Source: Myxococcota bacterium
GTDB taxonomy: Bacteria; Myxococcota_A; UBA796; CAJQPC01
Length of the DNA: 64,000 nucleotides
Assembly: GCA_036229005.1 (NCBI GenBank)
Contig: JAZAMN010000052.1
Location: 416,001 to 480,000, forward strand
Direction of reading: 5' to 3'
Made by a program: the position numbers and the translations under genes. Of this stretch, positions 55,792-64,000 are shown one piece after another (within the stretch, counting starts at the first letter, position 1; each line of letters begins with the position of its first letter). The notes beneath the pieces are model-generated. The model was not told the DNA's origin, ran no database searches, and saw only the letters and a program-made list of their open reading frames with translations.

Positions 55792-57102
55792 TTGACACAG
55801 CACCTGAGCCGCAAGGCCATCATCGAGCGCTTCCACAGCTACGGGTGCGCGCCCAAGGACTTCCGCATCGGCGCGGAGTTCGAGCGCATCATGCTGCGCT
55901 CCGACGGCCGACCGGTCGGCTACCACGAGCCCCACGGCGTCCGCTGGGTGCTCGAGCAGCTCATGGAGCGCTTTGGCTGGGACCCCTACTACGAGGGCGA
56001 GTTCCCCATCGCGCTGCTCCGTGACGGCGCCAGCACCACCCTGGAGCCCGGCGGCCAGCTCGAGCTCTCCGGGGCCCCTTTCCGCACCATGCGCGAGGTC
56101 CAGGACGAGGCCAACCGCGACTTCGGCGAGCTGCAGTCGGTGCTGGAGGAGGCAGACATCCACATCGTGGCGCTGGGCCTCACCCCCTTCGTGCCGATGG
56201 ACGAGATCCCCTGGGTCCCCAAGGGCCGCTACCGCATCATGCGGGAGTACCTGCCCAAGTACGGCGACATGGCCCACGTCATGATGAAGGGCACGAGCTC
56301 CTTCCAGGCGAACTTCGACTACGTGGACGAGGCCGACTGCGGTCGCAAGATGCGCGTCCTGTCCGCCCTGGGCCCCCTGACCACGGCGACGTTCGCCAAC
56401 AGCCCCCTGATGGCGGGCAAGCCCACCGGCTACCTGTCCACCCGCGGCCTGTCCTGGACCCGCACCGATCCCGCTCGCACCGGCTTCCCGCCGGCTCTGC
56501 TGGGCGACTGGTCGCACGAGAAGTGGGTGGACTACCTGCTCTCCGTCCCGATGATGTTCATCAAGATCCGCGGGGAGTGGGTCGACGCCCAGGGCCGCAG
56601 CTTCCAGGACTGGATCGATCACGGCATCGACGGCGTCCACCCCACCTGGGCGGACTGGGAGCTCCACGAGACCAGCGTGTTCCCCGAGGTCCGCGTCAAG
56701 AAGGCCATCGAGGTGCGCGGCGCCGATGCGGTCCCCCTGCCGCTGGCCATCGCCGGCATCACCCTCTGGACGGGCTTCCTCTACGACAGCGTCGCCCTGG
56801 ACGAGGTCGAGGCCCTGGTGGACGACCTCGGCGCCGCCACCCCCGAGCGCTTCCTCGCAGCCTGCCGGGACGGCCTGGAGGCCACCATCGGCGGTCGCCT
56901 GGCCTCCGAGTGGGCCCAGGATCTGGTGCGCATCTCCGCCCGGGGCCTCTCGCGCAGCCGCCCCTGTGAGCGAGCCCTGTTGGACCCCATCGAGGCCCTG
57001 GTCGCGCACGGCCAATCCCCCGCACAGGCGGTCCTTCGGATCTGGGAACAGACCGACTCGGGGGCCGACCGGAGCGCCTTCCTTCGCCGCGTCCTCTACT
57101 GA
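55792..57102 (+). CDS. gshA: Glutamate--cysteine ligase (GCS2 family)
   Basis: RIGAEFE, TLEPGGQLELSG, WVPKGRY, FQANFDY, FANSP, FPEVRVK..IEVRGAD; AGGAG SD before TTG. Confidence 0.88.
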   Translation: MTQHLSRKAIIERFHSYGCAPKDFRIGAEFERIMLRSDGRPVGYHEPHGVRWVLEQLMERFGWDPYYEGEFPIALLRDGASTTLEPGGQLELSGAPFRTMREVQDEANRDFGELQSVLEEADIHIVALGLTPFVPMDEIPWVPKGRYRIMREYLPKYGDMAHVMMKGTSSFQANFDYVDEADCGRKMRVLSALGPLTTATFANSPLMAGKPTGYLSTRGLSWTRTDPARTGFPPALLGDWSHEKWVDYLLSVPMMFIKIRGEWVDAQGRSFQDWIDHGIDGVHPTWADWELHETSVFPEVRVKKAIEVRGADAVPLPLAIAGITLWTGFLYDSVALDEVEALVDDLGAATPERFLAACRDGLEATIGGRLASEWAQDLVRISARGLSRSRPCERALLDPIEALVAHGQSPAQAVLRIWEQTDSGADRSAFLRRVLY

Positions 57103-57149
57103 GGCCCACCCCAGAGGAGTAGACTTGGGCGTGCCAGCGAGGTCACCCG

Positions 57150-58307
57150 ATGAATGAACCGGTCCCCAGCGCCCTCCTGGGCTTCGACACCGAGACCGTA
57201 CAGGCCCTGCAGAGCCTGCTGGGCGAGCACCTGAACATCGCCCTGGAGCGCAGCGACCCCAAGGAGGGGCTCGTCGCTCTCCCCCATGTGCAGCCCCAGG
57301 CCGTGCTGCTCTACTTCGACACGGCGGACCTGCGCCTGAGCATGCAGCTCGCCCGGCGCATCCGACACGATGTGCCCTCGGCGTCCCTTGTCCTGGTCTC
57401 CCACGAAGAGAACCTGGACGCCACCCGCGAGGCCGTCCGCATCGGCGCCCGCGCCGTCGTCGTGCTGGGCGAGGACGACCGCGATCTGCTCCTCACCTTC
57501 GAGAAGATGCGGCGGGAGACCCACAAGTCCGTCAACACGGGAACGGTGGTGTCCCTGCTCGGCGCCAAGGGCGGGATGGGCACCACCTCGCTGGCCATCA
57601 ACCTGGCCTCCGCGCTGGCCCGCGACCCCAAGAACAAGGTGCTGCTGCTGGATCTCGCCCTCTTCATCGGCGAGGTCGGGGTCTACCTGGACATGCAGAC
57701 CCCCTACTCCCTCTCGGAGTTCGTCCGGGATCTGCGTCGCCTGGACCAGCGCCACATCGACGAGCGCATCCCCAAGCACCGCACGGGCTTCTTTGTCCTC
57801 AGCCAGCCACCCCAGGTGGACGAGGCCGGCTCCCTGGAGGCCCACCAGGTCATCTCAGCCATCGCGGCCTCCAAGCGCTTCTTCACCCACATCATCGTGG
57901 ACGCGGGCGCGCAGCTCAGCGAGGCGGGCCTGGGCGGCGTGAACACCTCGGACCTGAGCATCATCGTCTGTACCCAGGAGCTGCCGGCCATCGTCAGCAC
58001 GGGCCGCCGCGTGAGCCTGCTCACCCAGCTCTTTGGGGACCGCACCCGGATCCGCATCGTGCTCAACCGCTTCCAGGCCAAGGGCACCAGCAAGGAGAAG
58101 GTCGAGCAGTACGTGGGCCACAAGATCGCCGCGACGGTCTGCAATGACTACGCGAACATGAGCCGCTGCATCGAGAACGGGAAGGTGCTGCTCGAAGAGG
58201 CCCCCGCGGCCGAGATCACGGCGGACATCGCCAAGCTGATCCGCCTCTTCGACGGCGAGACCTCGATCGAGACCAAGGCCCGCCGCAAGCTCTTCGGGCT
58301 CTTCTGA
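57150..58307 (+). CDS. CpaE/TadZ-like protein (pseudo-receiver + MinD/ParA-like ATPase)
   Basis: Receiver-like N-terminus, deviant Walker A GAKGGMGTT, INLA, IIVDAG, VLNR, amphipathic tail RRKLFGLF. Confidence 0.85.
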   Translation: MNEPVPSALLGFDTETVQALQSLLGEHLNIALERSDPKEGLVALPHVQPQAVLLYFDTADLRLSMQLARRIRHDVPSASLVLVSHEENLDATREAVRIGARAVVVLGEDDRDLLLTFEKMRRETHKSVNTGTVVSLLGAKGGMGTTSLAINLASALARDPKNKVLLLDLALFIGEVGVYLDMQTPYSLSEFVRDLRRLDQRHIDERIPKHRTGFFVLSQPPQVDEAGSLEAHQVISAIAASKRFFTHIIVDAGAQLSEAGLGGVNTSDLSIIVCTQELPAIVSTGRRVSLLTQLFGDRTRIRIVLNRFQAKGTSKEKVEQYVGHKIAATVCNDYANMSRCIENGKVLLEEAPAAEITADIAKLIRLFDGETSIETKARRKLFGLF

Positions 58308-58342
58308 GACGCTGAGCCTCTGAGAGGCCCTGAGCCCCTGAG
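58304..58342. repeat. Five CTGAG units between convergent genes
   Basis: CTGAG at 58304, 58312, 58320, 58330, 58338. Confidence 0.6.
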
Positions 58343-58350
58343 CGGCCCGG

Positions 58351-59226
58351 CTACTCCAGGGAGAGCTGACGGGCCCGCTCGAAGAGCATCACCGCCGCGG
58401 TCACCGAGACGTTGAGCGACTCGAGCTCGCCCTGCAGGGGCACCCCGGCGATGACATCGCAGCGGGACCGCAGGGTGGAGCTGAGTCCCTTGGACTCGCC
58501 GCCCAGGACCAGCGCCGTGGGGATGCGCCAGTCCACGTCCCAGTGGGAGACGCCCCCCATGTCCGCGCCGACGACCCGCAGGCCGTACTTCTTGCAGATC
58601 TTGAGGGCGGAGCTGATGCCTTCACGGATCAGGGGGACCGCTTCGGCGCCGCCCATGCTGACGCGGTGGACGACCGGAGACAGGCCCTTGCCGCGCCGGG
58701 TGGGGATGACCACCGCGTGGACCCCGGCCCCCAGCGCCGAGCGCAGGATGGCGCCCAGGTTGTGTTCGTAGGAGAGCTCGTCGGCCAGCACGATGAACGG
58801 CGTCTCCCCGCGGGAGATCAGCTCCTCGAGCATCTGGGTCATCGTGTAGTCGGGCAGCGGCTCCGCATGCGCGATGACGCCGTTGTGGACCTCGCCAGCC
58901 GCCATGCGGTCCAGCTGCTCCCGGTCCACCCGCTCGACCTTGACCCCCGCCGACTCCGCGAGGCTCAGCATGCGCGTGATCTTGGGATCGGGCTTGGCCC
59001 GGCCGTCCAGGTAGATCTTGCGCACCTTGCGCCGCTGCCTCAGCAGTGCCTCGACGACGGGGTTGCGTCCTTCGAGCTGCTCGAGGCCCCGTGGGATGTC
59101 GGAGCGTTGGGCCGGGCGGTGTGGACGCGGTCCCCCACCTCCTCGCTTGCCCTTGGAGCGATGGGGGGCGCCGCCGCCCTTGCGAGGACGCCCGGAGCGC
59201 CCCTTGTTCTTGCGTTCGTCAGTCAT
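58351..59226 (-). CDS. rlmB: 23S rRNA (G2251-2'-O)-methyltransferase
   Basis: GRNPVVEAL, HNGVIA, HNLGAILRSA, LVLGGESKGL, ESLNVSV SPOUT motifs. Confidence 0.92.
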   Translation of the reverse strand: MTDERKNKGRSGRPRKGGGAPHRSKGKRGGGGPRPHRPAQRSDIPRGLEQLEGRNPVVEALLRQRRKVRKIYLDGRAKPDPKITRMLSLAESAGVKVERVDREQLDRMAAGEVHNGVIAHAEPLPDYTMTQMLEELISRGETPFIVLADELSYEHNLGAILRSALGAGVHAVVIPTRRGKGLSPVVHRVSMGGAEAVPLIREGISSALKICKKYGLRVVGADMGGVSHWDVDWRIPTALVLGGESKGLSSTLRSRCDVIAGVPLQGELESLNVSVTAAVMLFERARQLSLE

Positions 59227-59227
59227 G

Positions 59228-60565
59228 TCAGAGGAGGTTCGCGGCCTGCTCGGCGAGCTCGGAGCGCTCACCCTTGCGCAGGGTGATGTGGCCCGCCAGC
59301 GGCGAGCCCTTGAAGCGCTCGACCACATAGGTCAGGCCGTTGGAGGTCGCGTCCACGTAGGGGTTGTCGATCTGGTAGGGGTCGCCGGTGAGGATGATCT
59401 TGGTCCCCTCACCCGCCCGCGTGAGCACGGTCTTGACCTCATGCGGGGTGAGGTTCTGGGCCTCGTCCACGATGAAGTACTGCTTGGGCATCGAGCGGCC
59501 GCGGATGTAGGTCAGCGGCTCGACCTCGATGATGCCCTGGTCGATCAGCGGCTGGTAGCTGGGCTGGCCGCCGCGGCGCTCTTCGTTCTCCCCGAGCAGG
59601 AGCTCCAGGTTGTCGAAGATGGGCTTCATCCAGGGGTTCATCTTGTCGTTCAGGTCGCCGGGCAGGTAGCCCAGGTCCTTGCCCAGGGGGAAGATGGGCC
59701 GGGAGACGACCAGGCGGCGGAAGGCCCGCTCATCGGCCACGCGCTGGAGGCCACAGGCGATGGCCAAGAGGGTCTTTCCGGTGCCGGCCATGCCGTCGAT
59801 GGTCACGAGCTTGATGTCGTCATCGAGCAGCAGGTCCAGGGCAAAGAGTTGCTCCTTGTTGCGGGCGAAGATGCCCCAGACGCCCTCTTTGTGCCGGCCG
59901 ACCAGGCGCAGCACCTTGGCCGTGGCGTCGTAGCGGCACATGGCGGTCTGGCGGGGGTTCTCCTCGGCAGAGAGCATCAGGAACTGGTTGGGGTTCAGGC
60001 CCGTCTGCTCCCAGGCCAGGCTCCCGTCCGCGTAGAGGCGGTCGATGCGCTCGCTGGGGACGCTGCGCTCGGCGACGCCGCGGTAGGCCTCCTCGACGTC
60101 GATGTGCGCGTTCTCGAAGTCCTCGGCCCGCACCCCCAGCGCGTCGGCCTTGATGCGCATGTTGGTGTCGCGCGTGACCAGCACCACGGGGTTGTCGTGG
60201 TTCTCATGGAGCTGCAGCACGGTCCGCAGGATGAGGTTGTCGTTGCCCTTCTTGCCAAATCCCGGCGGCAGCTTGGCCCGGTCGGTGGGCATCGCGATGC
60301 GCAGGCTCCCCCCCCGCTCAAGCTTCACGCCGTCCGCCAGGTTGCCCTGCTCCCGGAGCCGGTCCAGGTGGCGCGACACGGTGCGGGCGTTCCGGCCCGT
60401 CTCGGACAGGTCCTTCTTGAAGGTGTCGACCTCCTCGATCACGGTGATCGGGATGACGACCTCGTGCTCATCGAACACAAACAGGCAGTTCGGGTCGTAG
60501 AGCAGGACGTTGGTGTCCAACACAAAGGTGCGACTGGTGCCGTCGCTGACGAGAGACTCGACCAT
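59228..60565 (-). CDS. PIN-PhoH fusion protein (PhoH2/YlaK-like)
   Basis: PIN FVLDTNVLL, NDNLIL, RDTNMRIKA; PhoH GMAGTGKT, YIRGRS, DEAQN, TGDPYQID. Confidence 0.93.
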   Translation of the reverse strand: MVESLVSDGTSRTFVLDTNVLLYDPNCLFVFDEHEVVIPITVIEEVDTFKKDLSETGRNARTVSRHLDRLREQGNLADGVKLERGGSLRIAMPTDRAKLPPGFGKKGNDNLILRTVLQLHENHDNPVVLVTRDTNMRIKADALGVRAEDFENAHIDVEEAYRGVAERSVPSERIDRLYADGSLAWEQTGLNPNQFLMLSAEENPRQTAMCRYDATAKVLRLVGRHKEGVWGIFARNKEQLFALDLLLDDDIKLVTIDGMAGTGKTLLAIACGLQRVADERAFRRLVVSRPIFPLGKDLGYLPGDLNDKMNPWMKPIFDNLELLLGENEERRGGQPSYQPLIDQGIIEVEPLTYIRGRSMPKQYFIVDEAQNLTPHEVKTVLTRAGEGTKIILTGDPYQIDNPYVDATSNGLTYVVERFKGSPLAGHITLRKGERSELAEQAANLL

Positions 60566-60626
60566 TGGTGTGGGTCCGCGGCTGGGGGGATGGGCGGCGA
60601 GCCCGCGAGGCGGGAGGGGGGCGGAC

Positions 60627-61334
60627 TCAGGGGAGGGTGAGCTGGCGCCGGAAGGTCGCGCCAGCAGGATCGTCGCTGGAGCGCCGCGAGAACACAAGCG
60701 CGGGCTCCGCGATGGTCAGCACGCCGTCGATGTTCTCACCGGGCGCGACGTAGACGTGCAGCACGCCTCCACCCAGGCTGGCGGTCTGCAGGGCGTTGAC
60801 CTCGACCTGGTTCTCGCCGGGGTGCAGGAAGGGCGCCAGGTCGATCATCACCGGGGCGCCGCCGCTGCTGTAGTTGGTGACCAGCGCGCCGTTGACCTTG
60901 ATCTCCAGCGCGTGGCCCTGCGACCCGTTGTCCTCGACGATGAGCCACCAGGCCTCTGCGGGGATGGCTGAGACAGGAGGCGAGAGCGGTGCGGTCACAG
61001 CCGACTGCACCCCCTGGCTCCCCTCCCCCTCCAACACAGGCTGGGGATCGGGCGCCGGCGAGGAACTGCTGGGTCCAACCACCGGCTGAGGCTCTGGGGC
61101 GGGCTGCTCCGGCACCGTGGACTGAGGCACCGTGGGCTCGGGCTCAGGGGCAGGCGTGCTCTCCTGGCCAGCGACCTCGACGATGAGGTTGGGCGCGGTG
61201 ATGTAGATGTTCCCCTGCTCGTCGATGCGCACATCCACGTCTTCGATCTCGAAGTTGCGCAGGCTGTTGGCCTTCACGCCGTTGATGTACACCGAGCCCC
61301 CGAACAGGAGCCCCGCGAGCAGGGTGGGAATCAC
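60627..61334 (-). CDS. Hypothetical exported protein
   Basis: Short hydrophobic N-terminus, VYINGV, Pro-rich linker, beta-sandwich-like IKVNG..DLAPFLHPGENQV; start overlaps the ihfB stop. Confidence 0.7.
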   Translation of the reverse strand: MIPTLLAGLLFGGSVYINGVKANSLRNFEIEDVDVRIDEQGNIYITAPNLIVEVAGQESTPAPEPEPTVPQSTVPEQPAPEPQPVVGPSSSSPAPDPQPVLEGEGSQGVQSAVTAPLSPPVSAIPAEAWWLIVEDNGSQGHALEIKVNGALVTNYSSGGAPVMIDLAPFLHPGENQVEVNALQTASLGGGVLHVYVAPGENIDGVLTIAEPALVFSRRSSDDPAGATFRRQLTLP

Positions 61335-61618
61335 GCGTCCTCTCCGCCGTTGACCCGGACGCGGAGCTCCTTGCCCACCTTGAACACCGGCAGCACCTTG
61401 GGTGCGACCTTGATGGCCTGGGCGGTCTTGGGGTTCCGACCGGTGTAGCCATCGTAGTAGCGGGTCTTGAAGCTGCCAAATCCCCGGATCTCGATGCGCT
61501 CTCCGGCCACGAGGGCGTCCCGCATCCCGTCGAAGATCAGGTTGACCACCTCCTCGGCGGTGCGCCGAGGGATGTTCCGGACCAGGGCCACCTCGTCGAT
61601 AAGCTCAGACTTGGTCAT
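61331..61618 (-). CDS. ihfB: Integration host factor beta / HU-family DNA-binding protein
   Basis: MTKSELI, GERIEIRGFGSF, GRNPKT, FKVGKELR. Confidence 0.88.
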   Translation of the reverse strand: MTKSELIDEVALVRNIPRRTAEEVVNLIFDGMRDALVAGERIEIRGFGSFKTRYYDGYTGRNPKTAQAIKVAPKVLPVFKVGKELRVRVNGGEDA

Positions 61619-61627
61619 GGTGTCTCC

Positions 61628-62824
61628 TCAGCCCTGCTCAGCCTGGGTGGCTTCCTGCTGCCCCTCGATGACAACACCCGGGGTCGCGGGGGTCAGCCAC
61701 TTGACCAGGACGGGCTTCACCTTCTCCATCACCAGGATGGAGGGGGTCGCCACGAAGATGGTCGAGTAGGTACCGACGACCACACCGATGCCCATGGCCA
61801 GGGCGAAGTTCCGGATGACCGGGCCGCCGAGCACCAGGAAGGCGATGATGCCGAACAGGGTGGTGATGGAGGTCGCGAGGGTACGGCCGAGGGTGTCGTT
61901 GATCGAGTCGTTGATCAGCTTCTCGGTCTCGCTGCGGCGGTAGCGCCGCATGTTCTCGCGGATCCGGTCGTAGATGACGATCGTGTCGTTCAGCGAGTAG
62001 CCGATGATGGTCAGCAGCGCGCCGATCATGGACAGGTTCACCTCGAGCTGGAAGACGGTGAACAGTCCCAGCGTGAGGGCGACGTCGTGGATCAGGGCCA
62101 GGATGGCGCCGGGCGCGAACACCACGTCGAAGCGGAACGCGATGTAGAGCAGGATGAGCCCCAGGGTGGCGGCCATGGCCAGGATGCCCTGGGTGCGCAG
62201 GTCACCACCGACCTTGGGGCCGACGGAGTCCACGGAGCGGACCTCGAAGGCGTGGCCCTCGAAGGCCTGCTTGATGTTGGACTCGATCTTGGCGGACAGG
62301 CCGGTCAGCTCGACCTGGAAGGTGTTGTCCTCGGCGAAGGCCTTGGGGCGCGCACCCTCGATGCCCTTGAGCTGCTCCTTGAGGAGCTCGAGGTCGACCT
62401 CGACGCCGGGCTTGTGCTCGATGATGACGCGGGTGGAGACCTGGGCGTCCAGGCGGGGGTTCACGACGAAGTCGGCCCCGTAGTTCTGGGCCAGGACCTC
62501 CAGCACCTCGGCCTCGACCTCTTCGGCGCCGATGGTGGTGTCGCGGACGCGGATGGAGAACTCGTGGTCCGCCTCGTCGTTGATCTGCTGGACGGCGTCG
62601 TCACCGAGCCCCAGGGTGGTCAGGGCGGTGCGGACCTCGCCGATGCTGATGTCCTCGTCGAACTTGACGGTGATCTCGGTGCCGCCGGTGAAGTCGATGC
62701 CCCAGTTGGGCTGGACGACGACGGTCAGGACCAGGGACACCAGGACCAGCAGCGCCGAGATGGCGCCGAAGATCTTGCGCATGCCGACGAAGTCGACACT
62801 CTTCTTGGGCTTGAGAAAGTTCAT
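61628..62824 (-). CDS. secF: Protein translocase subunit SecF
   Basis: GIDFTGG, VGPKVG, YIAFRF, HDV, GYSLNDTIVIYDRIRE, GTYSTIF. Confidence 0.97.
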   Translation of the reverse strand: MNFLKPKKSVDFVGMRKIFGAISALLVLVSLVLTVVVQPNWGIDFTGGTEITVKFDEDISIGEVRTALTTLGLGDDAVQQINDEADHEFSIRVRDTTIGAEEVEAEVLEVLAQNYGADFVVNPRLDAQVSTRVIIEHKPGVEVDLELLKEQLKGIEGARPKAFAEDNTFQVELTGLSAKIESNIKQAFEGHAFEVRSVDSVGPKVGGDLRTQGILAMAATLGLILLYIAFRFDVVFAPGAILALIHDVALTLGLFTVFQLEVNLSMIGALLTIIGYSLNDTIVIYDRIRENMRRYRRSETEKLINDSINDTLGRTLATSITTLFGIIAFLVLGGPVIRNFALAMGIGVVVGTYSTIFVATPSILVMEKVKPVLVKWLTPATPGVVIEGQQEATQAEQG

Positions 62825-62831
62825 GGGTGCC

Positions 62832-64000
62832 TCAGAAGGCCAGGCGCGCAGTGGACTTGCGGACCAGGAAGTCCATCAGCGTGCGGGACACGAAGATGGC
62901 CGTGAAGAGGGTGGTGAGGATGCCGATGAGCAGCGTCACGGCGAAGCCCTTGATGGGGCCGGTGCCGTAGCTGTAGAGCACCACGCCGGCGATGCCGGTG
63001 GTGATGTTGGCGTCCATGACCGCGGAGAGCGCGTGGGCGTAGCCGGTCTCGACCGCCTTGCGGGGGTTGCGACCCAGGGCGAGCTCCTCGCGGATGCGCT
63101 CGTAGATGATGATGTTCGCGTCCACCGCCATACCGACGGTCAGCGCGATGCCGGCGATGCCGGGCAGGGTCAGCGTGGCGTCGAAGAGCGCGAGCATGGC
63201 CAGCACGAAGAACACGTTCAGGCTCAGGCCGACGGTCGCGACCAGACCGGGCTTCCGGTAGTAGATGACCATGAAGACGATGACGAGGATGCCGCCGATG
63301 AGCACGGCCTCGGAGCCGTCCTCGATGGCGTCAGCGCCCAGGGAGGCGCCGACGACCCGGACCTCACCGACGGTGATGGGGGCAGGCAGCGCGCCGGTGC
63401 GGAGCACCAGGGAGAGCTTGGAGGCGTCCGCGGACTTCTGCTCGAAGCCGCCGGTGCCCATGGAGATCTGGGCGCGACCGCCGGTGATGGGCTCGTTGAT
63501 GTTGGGAGCGGACTGCAGCTCCTTGTCGAGCACGATGGCGAAGCGCTTGTTGACGTTCTCCGTGGTGACCTTGGCGAAGATCTTGGCCCCGCGGGGCTTG
63601 AACTCCATCGACACGACCGGCTGGTTGTTCTGGTCGTAGGCGGTCTGGGCGTCGTTGATGTCGTCGCCGGAGAGGATGACCTCGGACTGCAGCATCAGGG
63701 GGGTGGCCCAGCGGTCACCGCGCTGCTCGTTGTAGTTGCCGGAGCCGAGCTCGGCGGCGGTGTCGGCGTACTGCCACATCAGGACGTTGCCCTGACCCAT
63801 CAGCCCGTTGTCCTGGAGCCAGTAGTTGAGCTCCTGGTCGTTGGAGTAGTCCTGGCCGGCGGCCTCCATGGCCTTCTTGGCCTTCTTGACGGCCTCCTCC
63901 ACGGCGGCGGGCTGGAACTGCTCGTCGACCATGTAGAACTCGAGCAGCGCGGTGGTGCCGAGCACGTCGATGGCCTGCTTGGCGTCGCTCACGCCGGGGA
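62832..64000 (-). CDS. secD: Protein translocase subunit SecD (5' part outside the window)
   Basis: FAIVLD..SAP, LRTGALPAP, VGASLG, TLPGIAG..LTVGMAVDANIIIYERIREE, GTGPIKGFA. Confidence 0.97.
   Translation of the reverse strand, partial: PGVSDAKQAIDVLGTTALLEFYMVDEQFQPAAVEEAVKKAKKAMEAAGQDYSNDQELNYWLQDNGLMGQGNVLMWQYADTAAELGSGNYNEQRGDRWATPLMLQSEVILSGDDINDAQTAYDQNNQPVVSMEFKPRGAKIFAKVTTENVNKRFAIVLDKELQSAPNINEPITGGRAQISMGTGGFEQKSADASKLSLVLRTGALPAPITVGEVRVVGASLGADAIEDGSEAVLIGGILVIVFMVIYYRKPGLVATVGLSLNVFFVLAMLALFDATLTLPGIAGIALTVGMAVDANIIIYERIREELALGRNPRKAVETGYAHALSAVMDANITTGIAGVVLYSYGTGPIKGFAVTLLIGILTTLFTAIFVSRTLMDFLVRKSTARLAF

Overview
High-GC (about 70% by eye), gene-dense bacterial chromosome segment. 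The gene content (giant TPR protein, TSP3/vWA lipoprotein, Ser/Thr kinase, many lipoproteins) suggests a Myxococcota-type organism; this is inference. It holds about 55 CDSs and one tRNA-Thr(CGT). I saw no transposase, integrase, prophage, rRNA or CRISPR array. Housekeeping blocks are gmk/yicC, an LPS-core-like GT9/GT4 cluster, alr, a UDP-glucuronate decarboxylase, prs, apaG, a PlsB-like acyltransferase plus a GpsA-like gene, gshA, and secD-secF-ihfB-orf-phoH-rlmB. The most unusual signals are: (i) ten predicted lipoproteins with ultrashort signal peptides, the Cys at residue 8-11 and usually no basic n-region; (ii) a recurring TAnnnT-N6/7-start codon architecture implying leaderless mRNAs at 8 genes; (iii) a MerR-HTH/VIT-vWA operon with three ATGTTNACAGT boxes over a TTGACA-N17-TACAGT promoter; (iv) an ECF sigma operon with a SigW-like promoter and an apparently split RsiW-like anti-sigma; (v) three tandem 8-Cys lipoprotein paralogs between a parvulin and two TlpA-like thioredoxins; (vi) a GpsA homolog lacking catalytic residues; (vii) a translationally coupled TPM-Tim44-DNA methyltransferase-MazG-membrane protein operon. 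Many start codons were re-chosen relative to the ORF track using stop/start overlaps, SD motifs or -10 boxes. All calls come from motif recognition by eye; no database searches were run.
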